A stretch of DNA of 32,000 nucleotides from positions 540,001 through 572,000 of the forward strand of contig NC_014408.1 of assembly GCF_000145295.1 (NCBI RefSeq), in the 5' to 3' direction. The translations under genes and the position numbers were made by a program. Shown here piece by piece: positions 8,200 to 18,343 of this stretch. Source of the stretch: Methanothermobacter marburgensis str. Marburg (lineage in GTDB: Archaea; Methanobacteriota; Methanobacteria; Methanobacteriales; Methanothermobacteraceae). Under the pieces are notes generated by a model, which saw nothing but the letters and a program-made list of their open reading frames with translations, ran no database searches and was not told where the DNA came from. Position 1 is the first letter of the stretch, and each line of letters begins with the position of its first letter.

Positions 8200-8247
8200 G
8201 AGTAATAATAATATAGTGTCCCTAAATTGAAGAGAAAGGTGTTAAAC

Positions 8248-8409
8248 TTGAAAAGATACAAATGCAGGGTTTGTGGATACATCTACGACCCTGAGAAGGG
8301 CGAACCAAGGACAGACACACCACCAGGAACACCGTTTGAGGACCTCCCTGAGACATGGAGGTGCCCGTCATGCGGTGCAAAGAAGAAGATGTTCAAACCA
8401 CTGGACTGA
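8248..8409 (+). CDS. rub: Rubredoxin (basic paralogue, 53 aa)
   Basis: CxxC...CPxCG motifs ([10 protein letters not shown] ... WRCPSCGA). The track ORF begins at TTG 8227. TTG 8248 follows AAAGGTG (8234-8240) and gives the same 53-aa length as the downstream paralogue. Confidence 0.88.
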   Translation: MKRYKCRVCGYIYDPEKGEPRTDTPPGTPFEDLPETWRCPSCGAKKKMFKPLD

Positions 8410-8420
8410 GAGGTGAATAA

Positions 8421-8582
8421 ATGGACAAATACGTCTGCCAGATGTGCGGATACATCTACGACCCTGAAGAGGGAGACCCCACATCAGGGATAGAACCCGG
8501 AACAGCGTTTGAGGACCTCCCCGACGACTGGGTATGCCCTGTATGTGGCGTTGGAAAGGACCAGTTCAAGAAGATGGATTAA
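8421..8582 (+). CDS. rub: Rubredoxin (acidic paralogue, 53 aa); missing from the supplied ORF track because it is shorter than 60 aa
   Basis: My translation is [64 protein letters not shown] lies at 8408-8416. The TAA stop abuts the fprA ATG at 8583. Confidence 0.88.
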   Translation: MDKYVCQMCGYIYDPEEGDPTSGIEPGTAFEDLPDDWVCPVCGVGKDQFKKMD

Positions 8583-9752
8583 ATGAAAGCCAGAAAAATT
8601 GCAGATGGGGTTTACTACACCGGTATCATTGACTGGGACCGGAGGACCTTTGATGAGCTTGTAGCCCTCCCACGGGGCACAAGCTACAACTCATACATCG
8701 TCTCTGGAAGCAGTGCCACGGCACTCATTGATTCTGCAGAGCCCTCAAAGAGCAGTGAATTCTTGGGGATCATAAGGGAGATGGAAACTGAAATCCACTA
8801 CATAATCTCCCAGCACGCAGAACAGGACCACTCAGGCACAATCCCGGAACTCCTTGACATGTACCCTGACGCAGAGGTCCTGGGGACACCTGCCTGCATT
8901 GAACTCCTCAGGGAACTTCTAAGGATCGATGGAAACTTCAGGGCAATTGAGGATGGTGAGACACTCTCCCTAGGTGACAGGACGCTGAGATTCATTGTAA
9001 CACCCTGGGTGCACTGGCCCGACACCATGGTAACCTACCTTGAGGAGGAGCGCATACTCTTCACCTGCGACTTCTTTGGATCACACCTTGCAACATCGGA
9101 CATCATGGAGGTGCCTGAGGGTTTCCTGCGGGAGGCCAAGAGGTACTACGCCCATATCATGATGCCCTTCAGCCAGATGGTCACATCCAACCTCAGGAAG
9201 ATCTCGGACCTTGACATATCACTCATAGCACCATCCCATGGCCCACTGGTATCCATACCTGACCTCATAATCGATGCATACAGGAGATGGACCTCTGGGG
9301 GCAGTAAAACGGTGATCGCATACACCACCATGCACAGAAGCACGGAGATCATGGTTGAGAGACTCACAGAGAAACTCATGGAACTTGGTGTGAGTGTAAG
9401 ACCCATCAACGTTGCAGAGTCCGATACCGGGGAATTCCTCACGGAACTCGTGGATGCCTTGGTCCTGGTTGTCGCATCACCCACGGTGCTCACAAGGCCC
9501 CACCCGGCAGTTGCATCGGCACTCTACCTTGTGAATGCACTGAGACCCCCGCTGAAGCACATTGCACTGATGGGATCCTACGGGTGGGGGACACTCATTG
9601 AATCCGAGGTCAAGGGTCTGCTATCCAACCTGAACGTGGAGTACCTTGAACCAGTCCTTGTGAAGGGCCTTCCACGTGAGGAGGACCTTCAGAGGATAGA
9701 TGAACTTGCCATTCAGATAAAGGAAATAGGGGGTGAATTAAATGGTAAGTGA
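8583..9752 (+). CDS. fprA: Flavodiiron protein (FprA-type F420H2/rubredoxin:oxygen oxidoreductase)
   Basis: 389 aa. The N-terminal metallo-beta-lactamase-like domain has the diiron motif [10 protein letters not shown]. The C-terminal half is flavodoxin-like. Confidence 0.85.
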   Translation: MKARKIADGVYYTGIIDWDRRTFDELVALPRGTSYNSYIVSGSSATALIDSAEPSKSSEFLGIIREMETEIHYIISQHAEQDHSGTIPELLDMYPDAEVLGTPACIELLRELLRIDGNFRAIEDGETLSLGDRTLRFIVTPWVHWPDTMVTYLEEERILFTCDFFGSHLATSDIMEVPEGFLREAKRYYAHIMMPFSQMVTSNLRKISDLDISLIAPSHGPLVSIPDLIIDAYRRWTSGGSKTVIAYTTMHRSTEIMVERLTEKLMELGVSVRPINVAESDTGEFLTELVDALVLVVASPTVLTRPHPAVASALYLVNALRPPLKHIALMGSYGWGTLIESEVKGLLSNLNVEYLEPVLVKGLPREEDLQRIDELAIQIKEIGGELNGK

Positions 9753-10260
9753 AAGGATGCAGGAGGCCCTCAACAGGCAGCTCAACGCTGAACTCTACTC
9801 AGCATACCTCTATCTTTCAATGGCAGCCTACTATGAGGCCTCTGACCTCCCGGGATTTGCAAACTGGATGCGTGTTCAGGCCCAGGAGGAACTTGCACAC
9901 GCAATGAAGTTCTACGACTACCTTGTCCAGAGGGGTGCAAGGGTCGTGCTTGAGGAGATAGAGAAACCACCATTCGAGTGGGAGTCCCCACTGGAGGTAT
10001 CCAAGCATGTCCTGGAACATGAGAGGAAGGTCACAGGACTCATAAATGACCTCGTTGACCTTGCAATCTCAGAGAGGGACCATGCAACCAACAATTTCCT
10101 CCAGTGGTTCGTGGCAGAACAGGTTGAGGAGGAGGAATCAGCGGGTTCAGTGCTCCAGAAGGTGCGCCTTGCATCGGATTCACCAAGCGGCCTTCTTATG
10201 CTCGACGCGGAACTTGGAAAGAGGGTTTACAACCCACCAGCAAATGAAAAGGGGGGATAA
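9742..10260 (+). CDS. Ferritin (non-haem, ferroxidase-centre type)
   Basis: 172 aa. Ferritin pattern: [57 protein letters not shown] 9742 follows GGGGGTGA and overlaps the fprA end by 11 nt. Confidence 0.8.
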   Translation: MVSERMQEALNRQLNAELYSAYLYLSMAAYYEASDLPGFANWMRVQAQEELAHAMKFYDYLVQRGARVVLEEIEKPPFEWESPLEVSKHVLEHERKVTGLINDLVDLAISERDHATNNFLQWFVAEQVEEEESAGSVLQKVRLASDSPSGLLMLDAELGKRVYNPPANEKGG

Positions 10261-10263
10261 TTT

Positions 10264-10950
10264 ATGGGGGAGAAGGTATACGAACTCAGAAAGGTGAAGA
10301 AGAAGGGGCGCGGCATGCCCCTCATAGGGGATAAATTCCCTGAAATGGAGGTCCAGACAACCCACGGGCTGATGAAACTCCCGGCTGAATTCAAGGGAAG
10401 ATGGTTCATACTCTTCAGCCACCCTGCAGACTTCACACCTGTCTGCACAACAGAGTTCGTGGCGTTCCAGGAGGTCTACCCTGAACTGAGGGAACTTGAC
10501 TGTGAACTTGTGGGCCTCAGTGTTGACCAGGTATTCTCACACATCAAGTGGATCGAATGGATAGAGGAGAACCTTGATACCGAAATCGAGTTTCCTGTGA
10601 TAGCGGATACAGGGAGAGTCGCGGATACCCTTGGACTCATACACCCGGCGAGGCCCACAAACACGGTGAGGGCGGTATTCGTGGTTGACCCTGAGGGGAT
10701 AATCAGGGCGATACTCTACTATCCACAGGAACTTGGAAGGAACATCCCTGAGATCGTGAGGATGATACGCGCCTTCAGGGTCATAGATGCCGAGGGTGTG
10801 GCTGCACCTGCAAACTGGCCCGATAACCAGCTCATCGGTGACCATGTGATAGTCCCACCGGCATCTGATATTGAAACCGCCAGGAAAAGGAAAGAGGAAT
10901 ACGAATGCTACGACTGGTGGCTCTGCCACCGCAGCGCAAGTGGTGATTAG
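10264..10950 (+). CDS. Peroxiredoxin (archaeal Prx6-like thiol peroxidase)
   Basis: 228 aa with peroxidatic motif [11 protein letters not shown]. The C-terminal Cys pair CYDWWLC (C-x5-C) resembles archaeal Prx of the Aeropyrum type. Confidence 0.9.
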   Translation: MGEKVYELRKVKKKGRGMPLIGDKFPEMEVQTTHGLMKLPAEFKGRWFILFSHPADFTPVCTTEFVAFQEVYPELRELDCELVGLSVDQVFSHIKWIEWIEENLDTEIEFPVIADTGRVADTLGLIHPARPTNTVRAVFVVDPEGIIRAILYYPQELGRNIPEIVRMIRAFRVIDAEGVAAPANWPDNQLIGDHVIVPPASDIETARKRKEEYECYDWWLCHRSASGD

Positions 10951-11559
10951 ATGGAGAAAAAATTCTATGAACTCCCTGAACTCCCATACCCCTACGATGC
11001 CCTTGAACCATACATATCAGAGGAGCAGCTGAGGATACACCATGAGAAGCACCATCAGGCCTACGTGGATGGGGCCAATGGCGTCCTCAGAAAACTCGAC
11101 GATGCCCGGGAGAATGGCGAAGAAGTTGACATCAAGGCGGCCCTCAAGGAACTCTCATTCCACGTGGGGGGCTACGTCCTGCACCTATTCTTCTGGGGTA
11201 ACATGGGACCCGCAGATGAATGCGGTGGGGAACCAGACGGGCGGCTTGCAGAGTACATAGAGAAGGACTTCGGAAGCTTTCAACGCTTTAAAAAAGAGTT
11301 TTCTCAGGCTGCTGTGAGCGCGGAGGGCTCAGGATGGGCTGTCCTCACCTACTGCCAGAGGACCGACAGGCTATTCATAATGCAGGTTGAAAAGCACAAC
11401 GTCAACGTGATACCCCACTTCAGGATCCTCATGGTCCTGGATGTATGGGAACACGCCTACTACATTGACTACAGGAACGTGAGACCCGACTACGTTGAGG
11501 CATTCTGGAACATCGTAAACTGGAAAGAGGTTGAAAAACGCTTCGATGACCTCTTCTAA
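10951..11559 (+). CDS. sod: Fe/Mn superoxide dismutase
   Basis: 202 aa. N-terminus [30 protein letters not shown] and the C-terminal DVWEHAYY motif are diagnostic. Confidence 0.95.
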   Translation: MEKKFYELPELPYPYDALEPYISEEQLRIHHEKHHQAYVDGANGVLRKLDDARENGEEVDIKAALKELSFHVGGYVLHLFFWGNMGPADECGGEPDGRLAEYIEKDFGSFQRFKKEFSQAAVSAEGSGWAVLTYCQRTDRLFIMQVEKHNVNVIPHFRILMVLDVWEHAYYIDYRNVRPDYVEAFWNIVNWKEVEKRFDDLF

Positions 11560-11564
11560 CTCCA

Positions 11565-11590
11565 TTAATTTTTTAAGAACCTTTTATTCT
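11565..11590 (+). terminator. Oligo-T tract downstream of sod (candidate archaeal terminator)
   Basis: aattttttaag (T6 at 11569-11574) is followed by cttttattc, immediately after the sod stop. Confidence 0.4.
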
Positions 11591-11671
11591 AACTCCCAGG
11601 TAGCATTCCAGTGATGCATAACATTTATTTTTAAATCACCATAAACATCTAAGAGTTACACTGATTCGGGA

Positions 11672-12976
11672 ATGATTCAGATGATCTGGAACAGGGAAAT
11701 GGAATGCATAAGCAGGGAGGAACTGGAGGAACTTCAGCTTAAAAGGCTTCAGGACACAGTAAGGAGGGCATATGAAAACGTACCCTACTACCATGAGGCC
11801 TTCGAGAAGGAGGGCGTGTACCCGGAGGACATAGAGTCCCTGGACGACATCACAAGGTTACCCTACACCACCAAGGATGACCTCCGAAAGGTCTACCCCT
11901 TCGGGATGTTCGCTGTCCCCAGGAAGGAGATAGTGGAGGTCCACACATCCTCAGGGACCACAGGAAAACCCGTTGTCTCAGGGTACACCAGGGAGGACAT
12001 AGAGATATGGAGTGAGGTCATGGCCAGGGGCCTCACAATGATGGGCCTCACAGAGGATGACGTCATCCAGAACACCCATGGCTATGGGCTCTTTACAGGG
12101 GGATTCGGGGTCCACTACGGTGCCCAGAAGATCGGGGCTACCGTTATCCCCATCTCAACCGGACAGACAAGAAGGCAGATAGAGATAATGAAGGACTTCG
12201 GGACAACGGTCATGATATTCACCCCCTCCTATGGCCTCTACCTCTCTGAGGTTGCAGCTGAGGAGGGCTTTGACCCTGCCGAATCCCAGTTAAAGGCCAT
12301 AGGATTTGGGGCTGAGATGTGGACAGAGGAGATGAGGGCCGAGATAGAGAGGAGATTCAATGCACCGGCCTTCAACATATACGGCCTCACCGAAATCATG
12401 GGCCCAGGGGTTGCAATGGAGTGCAGTGAGAAGAATGGCCTCCACATTGCAGAGGACCACTTCTACCCTGAGATCATAGATAAGAACTGTGAAAGGGTCG
12501 GCCCAGGTGAAAGGGGGGAGCTGGTACTCACAACCCTCACAAGGGTGGGGATGCCGGTTATAAGGTTCAGGACAAAGGATATAACCTCAATAGATTATGG
12601 GCCATGTGGCTGCGGCAGGACCCTTGCAAGGATCTCAAAGATCACAGGCAGGGTCGATGACATGCTCAAGGTCAGGGGAGTTTCAGTGTTCCCATCCCAG
12701 ATAGAGAAGGCGCTCCTCCGCATAGAGGGTATTGAGCCCCACTACCAGATAATAGTGACAAGGCCCCACCTCATGGATGAACTTGAGGTGAGGGTGGAGA
12801 CCTCCCCTGAACTCTTCTCAGATGACATCCGGCAGATGGTAGAGACCAGGGACCGGATCGAGGAGTTCATAGAAAACGAGATAGGCCTCAGGGTTAAGGT
12901 GACCCTGGTTGAACCAGGCACGATACCAAGGAGTGAGGGGAAGGCAGTAAGGGTGATAGATAAGAGGAACCTTTAA
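11672..12976 (+). CDS. Phenylacetate-CoA ligase family adenylate-forming enzyme (the family annotated as coenzyme F390 synthetase in Methanothermobacter)
   Basis: 434 aa. PaaK-type N-terminus [22 protein letters not shown] and AMP-binding motif [11 protein letters not shown]. The start could instead be ATG 11681. Confidence 0.8.
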   Translation: MIQMIWNREMECISREELEELQLKRLQDTVRRAYENVPYYHEAFEKEGVYPEDIESLDDITRLPYTTKDDLRKVYPFGMFAVPRKEIVEVHTSSGTTGKPVVSGYTREDIEIWSEVMARGLTMMGLTEDDVIQNTHGYGLFTGGFGVHYGAQKIGATVIPISTGQTRRQIEIMKDFGTTVMIFTPSYGLYLSEVAAEEGFDPAESQLKAIGFGAEMWTEEMRAEIERRFNAPAFNIYGLTEIMGPGVAMECSEKNGLHIAEDHFYPEIIDKNCERVGPGERGELVLTTLTRVGMPVIRFRTKDITSIDYGPCGCGRTLARISKITGRVDDMLKVRGVSVFPSQIEKALLRIEGIEPHYQIIVTRPHLMDELEVRVETSPELFSDDIRQMVETRDRIEEFIENEIGLRVKVTLVEPGTIPRSEGKAVRVIDKRNL

Positions 12977-12991
12977 ATTTATGGTGATACC

Positions 12992-13423
12992 ATGAGGGTT
13001 AAGCAGATATCAATATTTCTTGAAAACAAGAAGGGAAGGCTCTGGAAGGCACTGAGTACACTTGCAGAGGCAGATATAAACCTGAGGGCCCTATCACTTG
13101 CAGATACATCAGAATTCGGGATACTCAGGCTCATAGTACCTGAACCTGAACGCGCGGCAGATGTGCTTGAGAATAGCGGCTTTGTTGTTAAGCTGAAGGA
13201 TGTTGTCGCAGTTGAGATGGATGACAGACCAGGGGGCCTTGCATCAATCCTTGGGGTCCTCAAGGACTATGACCTGAACCTTGACTACATATACGCATTT
13301 GTCCATGAAAAAAAGGATAAGGCGATACTCTTCATGAGTACAGAGGATCTGGATGCCCTTGAAGGGGCCCTGAGGGATGCCGGGATCCGGATGGTCCCAC
13401 CAGAGGAGGTCTACTCCCTCTGA
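12992..13423 (+). CDS. ACT-domain protein (two tandem ACT folds)
   Basis: 143 aa. Two about-65-aa halves begin ISIFLENKKGRL and VAVEMDDRPGGL, the typical ACT beta-alpha-beta starts. A GGTGAT SD lies upstream. This family is commonly paired with PaaK-like ligases in archaea. Confidence 0.72.
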   Translation: MRVKQISIFLENKKGRLWKALSTLAEADINLRALSLADTSEFGILRLIVPEPERAADVLENSGFVVKLKDVVAVEMDDRPGGLASILGVLKDYDLNLDYIYAFVHEKKDKAILFMSTEDLDALEGALRDAGIRMVPPEEVYSL

Positions 13424-13453
13424 GCGGAATATTCAACCATGTCGGGCTGGGGT

Positions 13454-14248
13454 CTACTCCCCCTTAACCCTGACATCCTCAACCGAGTACTCTATGCCCT
13501 CATCTTCCAGTTTCTTTGTTATGCTTCTGCTCATCTTACCAACTGCAAGTACGAGGACATTCAGACCCCTCTTTGCGGCTGCAAGGGCAGCATGGGGGGT
13601 TGCAAATTCAAAATCAACATTTAAGTTTAACCTGGTCGCTGCGGCCCTTGAAACTGTCCCCATTATACCTATCCTGTCCTGACCATGGGCGAGTTCCCTT
13701 ATCCTTTCAAGGTCCGCTGCCCCTGAACCGCCCTCGGATATCCCCGGGAGAACCGCGATGGTCACCTTTCCCCTCTGGAGAGGTATGGTGCCGCTGAGTT
13801 CTGTGAGGGCCACGTCCTCGCCCTCTGAGGCACTTTTCATGACTGTGGCGTGGGCTTCCCCGTTGGTCCTCCTCCGGGCGTAGAGGACGCCGTCGTCCAT
13901 GAACAGTTCGACCTCATCACCTGCGTTGAGGTCCTCCCAGGCGATGGCTGGCCAGATGGACTTGTAGGAACTCATGTACTCCAGGACCTCATCGGCGTAT
14001 TGCCTGAGGCTCACAGCAGCACTCTTGAGCTTCTCACCACCCCTCCGGGTTATCTTGTAGTGGGACCTTCCACTTCCTGCCTCCACAAGGCCCTCTGCTA
14101 TGAGGCTCTTTATGTTCTCAGACACTGCCTGGACCGTTATTCCCAGTTCATCTGCTATATCCCGTTGCCTCACATAGGGCTGACGCCACGCTATCTCACT
14201 CAGCACCTGGAAACGTGTAAGTTCTCCCTTCTTTCTGAAAGCCTTCAT
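13454..14248 (-). CDS. Predicted transcriptional regulator: N-terminal winged helix-turn-helix plus uncharacterised C-terminal domain
   Basis: wHTH-like segment QRDIADELGITVQAVSENIKSLIAEGLVE. The ATG at 14248 shares one base with the TGA of the upstream DHH gene; the track start TTG 14251 is less likely. Confidence 0.6.
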   Translation of the reverse strand: MKAFRKKGELTRFQVLSEIAWRQPYVRQRDIADELGITVQAVSENIKSLIAEGLVEAGSGRSHYKITRRGGEKLKSAAVSLRQYADEVLEYMSSYKSIWPAIAWEDLNAGDEVELFMDDGVLYARRRTNGEAHATVMKSASEGEDVALTELSGTIPLQRGKVTIAVLPGISEGGSGAADLERIRELAHGQDRIGIMGTVSRAAATRLNLNVDFEFATPHAALAAAKRGLNVLVLAVGKMSRSITKKLEDEGIEYSVEDVRVKGE

Positions 14249-15642
14249 CAATTCACCTTCACCTTTTCTATGGCCCTGTTAAGGAGTCTGAGGAATTCTC
14301 CCTCATTTTCAGCCGGTATATATGCTCCGCAGGCAGTGGCATGACCACCACCGCTACCCCCCACCTTCTCCGCCACCCTCTGCATGGTTGAACCGAAGTG
14401 TATGCCGTCAAATGCCAGGAGGCGGGAGCACCTAAGTGAAACCTTGAGCCCATCACCGGTTTCAGCAAGCCCTACCATGGGCCTCCTCCAGTCACCGTAA
14501 CCCAGGAGCATACCCGCAACCGTACCCACCACTGCAGTTTTCACCTCTGGGGCATGGAAGTACTGGAGGTTATCCATATCCCTTATGAGTTCCTCGTCCA
14601 TTATCCGGTCGAGGGTAACCGCCAGGTAGGCGCGGTGTTCCCTGAGGACACCCTCAAGTTCCTCCAGTTTTTCATGGCGATCACCCCCGATGATATCCAT
14701 TGCAAGCTTCCACCTTGAGTTCCGGTTACACGCGTTTACTGCGGTTGAGAACTCGGATAGGTCCCTGAATACCGTGTACCTCTCCTCTGATCTTAACTCG
14801 TAGACCTCACCAAGTATGAGCTTGGGGAGGTATTTATGGTACCTTCTGGGGACCTCGTTGACCATCATACGGTATATCTCGTTGAAGAGTTTCCTTTTCT
14901 CGTCATCTGTAAGGTCACAGAGCCTCCTCTGGGTTTCATCGTTTTTCAGGGGTATGCCAAGGTTCTTAAGCCTTGCTATGCACTCGTTGGTATTGTTTGT
15001 TGTTGGCAGGGTGACATCCCCGAAGTATGAGAGGGCACTTACGATGGACCTGGTGTGTCTACCGTAGATTGTAAGGTCACTGCAGCACTCAACTGCACCC
15101 TCCCTTATGCTGTCCTCCAGGATCACCCGGTTAGCCCCAACCATCTTACCGGTCCTGATGTTCTGCATGTCACCCACTGCGGCAAGGAGCCCCATCCAGC
15201 TGAGATCAGTGTATCCGAACTGCCTTGCAAGTAGATATGATAGTCCCCCACCTGAGATGCTGGTTGAACCATCCATTCCATAGAAGATGGGATTTATTTC
15301 AAGGAGCTCACCCCGTGGAGGTTCAAAGTTCCTCTTCCGCACGGGGGGGTGGTGGTCTAGTATTAAAACACGGGAGTTCCTTTTCATGTTTTCATGGACC
15401 ATCTGTCCGGATCCAAGGTCACTGAAAACTGTTAGATCCGGGCCATGTTCAACCTCAGGGACCTCATTGATGTTTATTATATTGATCTCATGTTCCTTCC
15501 CGAGGCCATCAAGGAGTTTGCTGAGGATGGTTGCCGCTGTTATACCATCACAGTCCGTGTGGCTGTAGACTGTAACCGTCTCAGCCTCATCAATCAGCTT
15601 ACGGGCCCTTCTGAGCGCACCTTCAAGTTCGTCCATGTTCAT
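14248..15642 (-). CDS. DHH/DHHA1 phosphoesterase, archaeal RecJ/Cdc45 (GAN)-like
   Basis: 464 aa. DHH motifs: HTDCDG (I), FSDLGSG (II), LDHHPP (III), VGDMQ (IV). DHHA1 motif is GGSGGGHATACGA. Confidence 0.75.
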   Translation of the reverse strand: MNMDELEGALRRARKLIDEAETVTVYSHTDCDGITAATILSKLLDGLGKEHEINIININEVPEVEHGPDLTVFSDLGSGQMVHENMKRNSRVLILDHHPPVRKRNFEPPRGELLEINPIFYGMDGSTSISGGGLSYLLARQFGYTDLSWMGLLAAVGDMQNIRTGKMVGANRVILEDSIREGAVECCSDLTIYGRHTRSIVSALSYFGDVTLPTTNNTNECIARLKNLGIPLKNDETQRRLCDLTDDEKRKLFNEIYRMMVNEVPRRYHKYLPKLILGEVYELRSEERYTVFRDLSEFSTAVNACNRNSRWKLAMDIIGGDRHEKLEELEGVLREHRAYLAVTLDRIMDEELIRDMDNLQYFHAPEVKTAVVGTVAGMLLGYGDWRRPMVGLAETGDGLKVSLRCSRLLAFDGIHFGSTMQRVAEKVGGSGGGHATACGAYIPAENEGEFLRLLNRAIEKVKVN

Positions 15643-15653
15643 TATTCATACCC

Positions 15654-15923
15654 TCAGTTCTTCTTTGAGGACCTCACAAGCCTTGCAAGTTTTATGAGGA
15701 GTTCCCTCTTGCTCCCCTCATATTCAACAATAACCCTCCCTGATGATTCCCACCATGAGGAAGGGTATGACTTATCAGATTCCATACGGGCTTCAAGCTG
15801 GAGTTTTTTTGCGGCCCTGAGTATTTCACTGGCAGTTGGTGATTCAACCGCGTATTCAAGGGGCACCCTTCGCCCCTGGCTCCTTGACTTCCGTGAATCG
15901 AGATAGGCTGGCCATATTATCAT
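15654..15923 (-). CDS. srp19: Signal recognition particle protein SRP19
   Basis: 89 aa. The start IIWPAYLDSRKSRSQGRRVP is the conserved SRP19 N-terminus. Its ATG overlaps the hemD stop by 1 nt. Confidence 0.9.
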   Translation of the reverse strand: MIIWPAYLDSRKSRSQGRRVPLEYAVESPTASEILRAAKKLQLEARMESDKSYPSSWWESSGRVIVEYEGSKRELLIKLARLVRSSKKN

Positions 15924-16720
15924 TATTTACCCTCCATCATCCTCTCTGAAAGTTCGGCTAGCATGTCCCTAACCGTGTACCTCTCTGGGATGACCGCATC
16001 AAGACCATACTCCTCAAGTTTCCTGAGGGTTATGGGGCCTATTGCAGCCACGTGTATCCCCCTGAGGGCATGGATAAGATCCCCCTCCTTATCACCTGCA
16101 ATCTTAAACAGGTTTTCCACTGTAAGGGGACTTGTGAATGTAACAGCATCCACCTCCCCCTTGAGTATACCCTCTATCATTTCCTCTGCAGGTGCCGTGT
16201 CTTCCGGTATCCCTGAGTGGTAGGCCTCTGCAACAAGGACCTCCGCGCCCATTTCCTCAAGTCCCATAGGGAGGACCCTCCTTGCAGAGAGTGTCCTTGG
16301 AAGGGCCACCTGCATCCCCTCAAGGTCGTATTTTCTGAGGGCCTCAAGGAGACCCTCTGCGGTGTAATCTTCAGGCACCAGATCCACCCTGAGACCCATC
16401 TCAGATGCTGCACGGGCGGTCTTGGGCCCTATGACCGCGACAATACATTCATCCCTGATTTTCTCATGAAAGTCCTTGCATGTACTGAACAGGGATTCAA
16501 CAGCCGCCGGGGAGGTGAATATAACCAGGTCCCATTCAGGGGCCCTCCGGCACACCTCCCTGAGGGAATCTGTTTTCAGGATCCTCAGCTCGAGGGTTGG
16601 GGCGACAAGGGCCCTTCCACCGGCACCCTCGATCAGTTTAACAGCAGCAGATACCCGCTCAGCGGGCCTTGTGAGGGCGATGGTCTTACCCCTGAGACCC
16701 TCTAATTTCCCGGTAGACAT
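15923..16720 (-). CDS. hemD: Uroporphyrinogen-III synthase
   Basis: HemD-like two-lobe pattern (LTRPAER ... [10 protein letters not shown] ... AIGPKTA ... [12 protein letters not shown] ... AIGPIT). ATG 16720 has GGTGAGGT 6 nt upstream; the track start GTG 16732 is less likely. Confidence 0.8.
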   Translation of the reverse strand: MSTGKLEGLRGKTIALTRPAERVSAAVKLIEGAGGRALVAPTLELRILKTDSLREVCRRAPEWDLVIFTSPAAVESLFSTCKDFHEKIRDECIVAVIGPKTARAASEMGLRVDLVPEDYTAEGLLEALRKYDLEGMQVALPRTLSARRVLPMGLEEMGAEVLVAEAYHSGIPEDTAPAEEMIEGILKGEVDAVTFTSPLTVENLFKIAGDKEGDLIHALRGIHVAAIGPITLRKLEEYGLDAVIPERYTVRDMLAELSERMMEGK

Positions 16721-17402
16721 TAACAACCTCACCCACCACTATGATTCCAGGCGGCCTCAGATCCTTTTCTGCTATGTCCTCAAGGGTGCCGAGGATAACC
16801 CTCTCATCCTCTGTCGTCCCCCTCTCAATCACACATACAGGGGTTTCAGGGGGCCGGTGCTTCATGATCTCCTGCATGTTCTCCCTCACGTTACCCACAC
16901 CCATGAGTATTATGAGGGTGTCGGCCCTGTAATCCCAGTGAACCTGTTTTTCAGGTTTTGTGGGGTCCTCGTGTCCTGTGACAACAGTGAAGGATGTTGC
17001 AACGCCCCTGTGGGTCACAGGAAGCCCTGCAGATGTGGGGACGCCCACAGCGGAGGTCACGCCTGGAATGACCCTTGCCTCAACTCCGGCCTCCCTGAGC
17101 GCAAGGAGTTCCTCGCCACCCCTCCCGAAAACGAATGGGTCGCCACCCTTGAGCCTTACCACTGTTTCATGCTTCTTACCTTCCTCAACAAGGATCCTGT
17201 TTATTTCATCCTGTGTTTTGTGGTGTTCACCGGCCTTCTTACCCACGTATATCAGTTTCGCATCTTCAGGGGCGTATCCGAGTATCTCCTCACCTGCCAG
17301 CCTGTCATACACTACCACGTCAGCCCTCTTGAGAACCCTTATGGCCTTCAGTGTTATGAGTTCAGGGTCCCCTGGACCCGCCCCAACAAGATAAACCACC
17401 AT
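16686..17402 (-). CDS. cobA: Uroporphyrinogen-III C-methyltransferase (SUMT)
   Basis: [19 protein letters not shown]-terminus plus the [16 protein letters not shown] motif. ATG 17402 follows an AAAGGTGAT SD. The 3' end overlaps hemD by 35 nt. Confidence 0.88.
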   Translation of the reverse strand: MVVYLVGAGPGDPELITLKAIRVLKRADVVVYDRLAGEEILGYAPEDAKLIYVGKKAGEHHKTQDEINRILVEEGKKHETVVRLKGGDPFVFGRGGEELLALREAGVEARVIPGVTSAVGVPTSAGLPVTHRGVATSFTVVTGHEDPTKPEKQVHWDYRADTLIILMGVGNVRENMQEIMKHRPPETPVCVIERGTTEDERVILGTLEDIAEKDLRPPGIIVVGEVVNVYREIRGSQG

Positions 17403-17425
17403 GATAATCACCTTTTTGCTCTGAA

Positions 17426-18076
17426 TCAGATCTTCATTATGCCCCTGAAGAATTTGAAGCCGTCCTCTGACCCAAGTATCATCTCTGAGGCCCTTTCAGG
17501 GTGGGGCATCACAGCACATACCAGTCCTGATTCATCGCAGACCCCTGTTATTCCATCAAGGGAGCCGTTGGGGTTTTCACCGTGGAACTGCAGCACGACC
17601 TGGTCGTTATCCCAGACCTCGCTGACGTTTTCATGGTAGTATCTCCCCTCTGCATGGGCAACAGGCATCCTTATAACCTCATCCCGTCTGAATAGCCGTG
17701 TGAAGGGGGTTCTCGTGGTCTTAACCTGAAGGCTGGTCCACTGGCAGTTGAATTTTGGGTGCTCGTTCACGGTGAAGACCCCCGGGACAAGGCCTACCTC
17801 CGCCAGGATCTGTGCACCGTTACATATTCCGAGAACCGGTTTTTCCTCCTTCACCAGCTCCTTAACAGCGTCCATAACTGGGGTTATGGCTGCGATTGCA
17901 CCTGCACGCAGGTAGTCCCCGTATGAAAATCCCCCAGGGATTATAACCGCGTCCAGGTGTCCCAGGTCCCGCTGATTCCACCATACATATTCGGGCTCTG
18001 CCCCGGCAAGTTCCAGGACATGGTAAACGTCACGGTCACAGTTGGATCCAGGAAACCTTATAACTCCCACCCTCAT
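17426..18076 (-). CDS. purQ: Phosphoribosylformylglycinamidine synthase, glutaminase subunit
   Basis: 216 aa. [15 protein letters not shown] start, catalytic GICNGAQIL, and C-terminal MPHPER. Confidence 0.92.
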   Translation of the reverse strand: MRVGVIRFPGSNCDRDVYHVLELAGAEPEYVWWNQRDLGHLDAVIIPGGFSYGDYLRAGAIAAITPVMDAVKELVKEEKPVLGICNGAQILAEVGLVPGVFTVNEHPKFNCQWTSLQVKTTRTPFTRLFRRDEVIRMPVAHAEGRYYHENVSEVWDNDQVVLQFHGENPNGSLDGITGVCDESGLVCAVMPHPERASEMILGSEDGFKFFRGIMKI

Positions 18077-18079
18077 TTT

Positions 18080-18334
18080 TCAGCCTTCCATTTCCGTTAT
18101 ACTGAATTCGTAGTCATGGATAACCGGGTTACATAGGAGGCGCTGGCACATATCCTCCACCTCCCGCCTGACATCCTCAGGGCTCTCCTCATTCATGGTG
18201 AATGTTATTATGTCAATTGTATCGGTATTTTCCACCTCATATCCAAGGAGTGCCAGTGCCCTCTCAATGGTGGACGCCTCCGGGTTGAGCATACCCTTCT
18301 TGAGCCTTATTCTGACCTCAACCATAAATTTCAT
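18080..18334 (-). CDS. purS: Phosphoribosylformylglycinamidine synthase subunit PurS
   Basis: 84 aa. [23 protein letters not shown] matches PurS. GAGGTGAT SD lies upstream. It sits between purC and purQ. Confidence 0.88.
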   Translation of the reverse strand: MKFMVEVRIRLKKGMLNPEASTIERALALLGYEVENTDTIDIITFTMNEESPEDVRREVEDMCQRLLCNPVIHDYEFSITEMEG

Positions 18335-18343
18335 CCCATCACC

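Noticed and set aside
8227-8247. N-terminal extension of rubredoxin 1 (track start at 8227); similar GTG/TTG-extended starts at 4678, 14251, 16732, 17411 and 25268
   Set aside because: Internal starts are preceded by good SD motifs at proper spacing and give family-typical N-termini. The extensions would overlap upstream genes or add non-conserved residues. Start choice remains a prediction.
13454-15642. Overlapping DHH-regulator pair considered as a toxin-antitoxin-like module
   Set aside because: Both proteins are far larger than typical TA components. The DHH protein has the full RecJ/GAN-like motif set and sits in a long housekeeping operon.
16476-17639. 387-aa ORF on the + strand, one of the longest in the track
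   Set aside because: It runs antisense across three well-supported minus-strand genes (hemD, cobA, purQ). Its low-complexity Pro/Ser/Leu-rich translation has no motifs and no SD. This is a typical shadow ORF produced by codon bias on the opposite strand.
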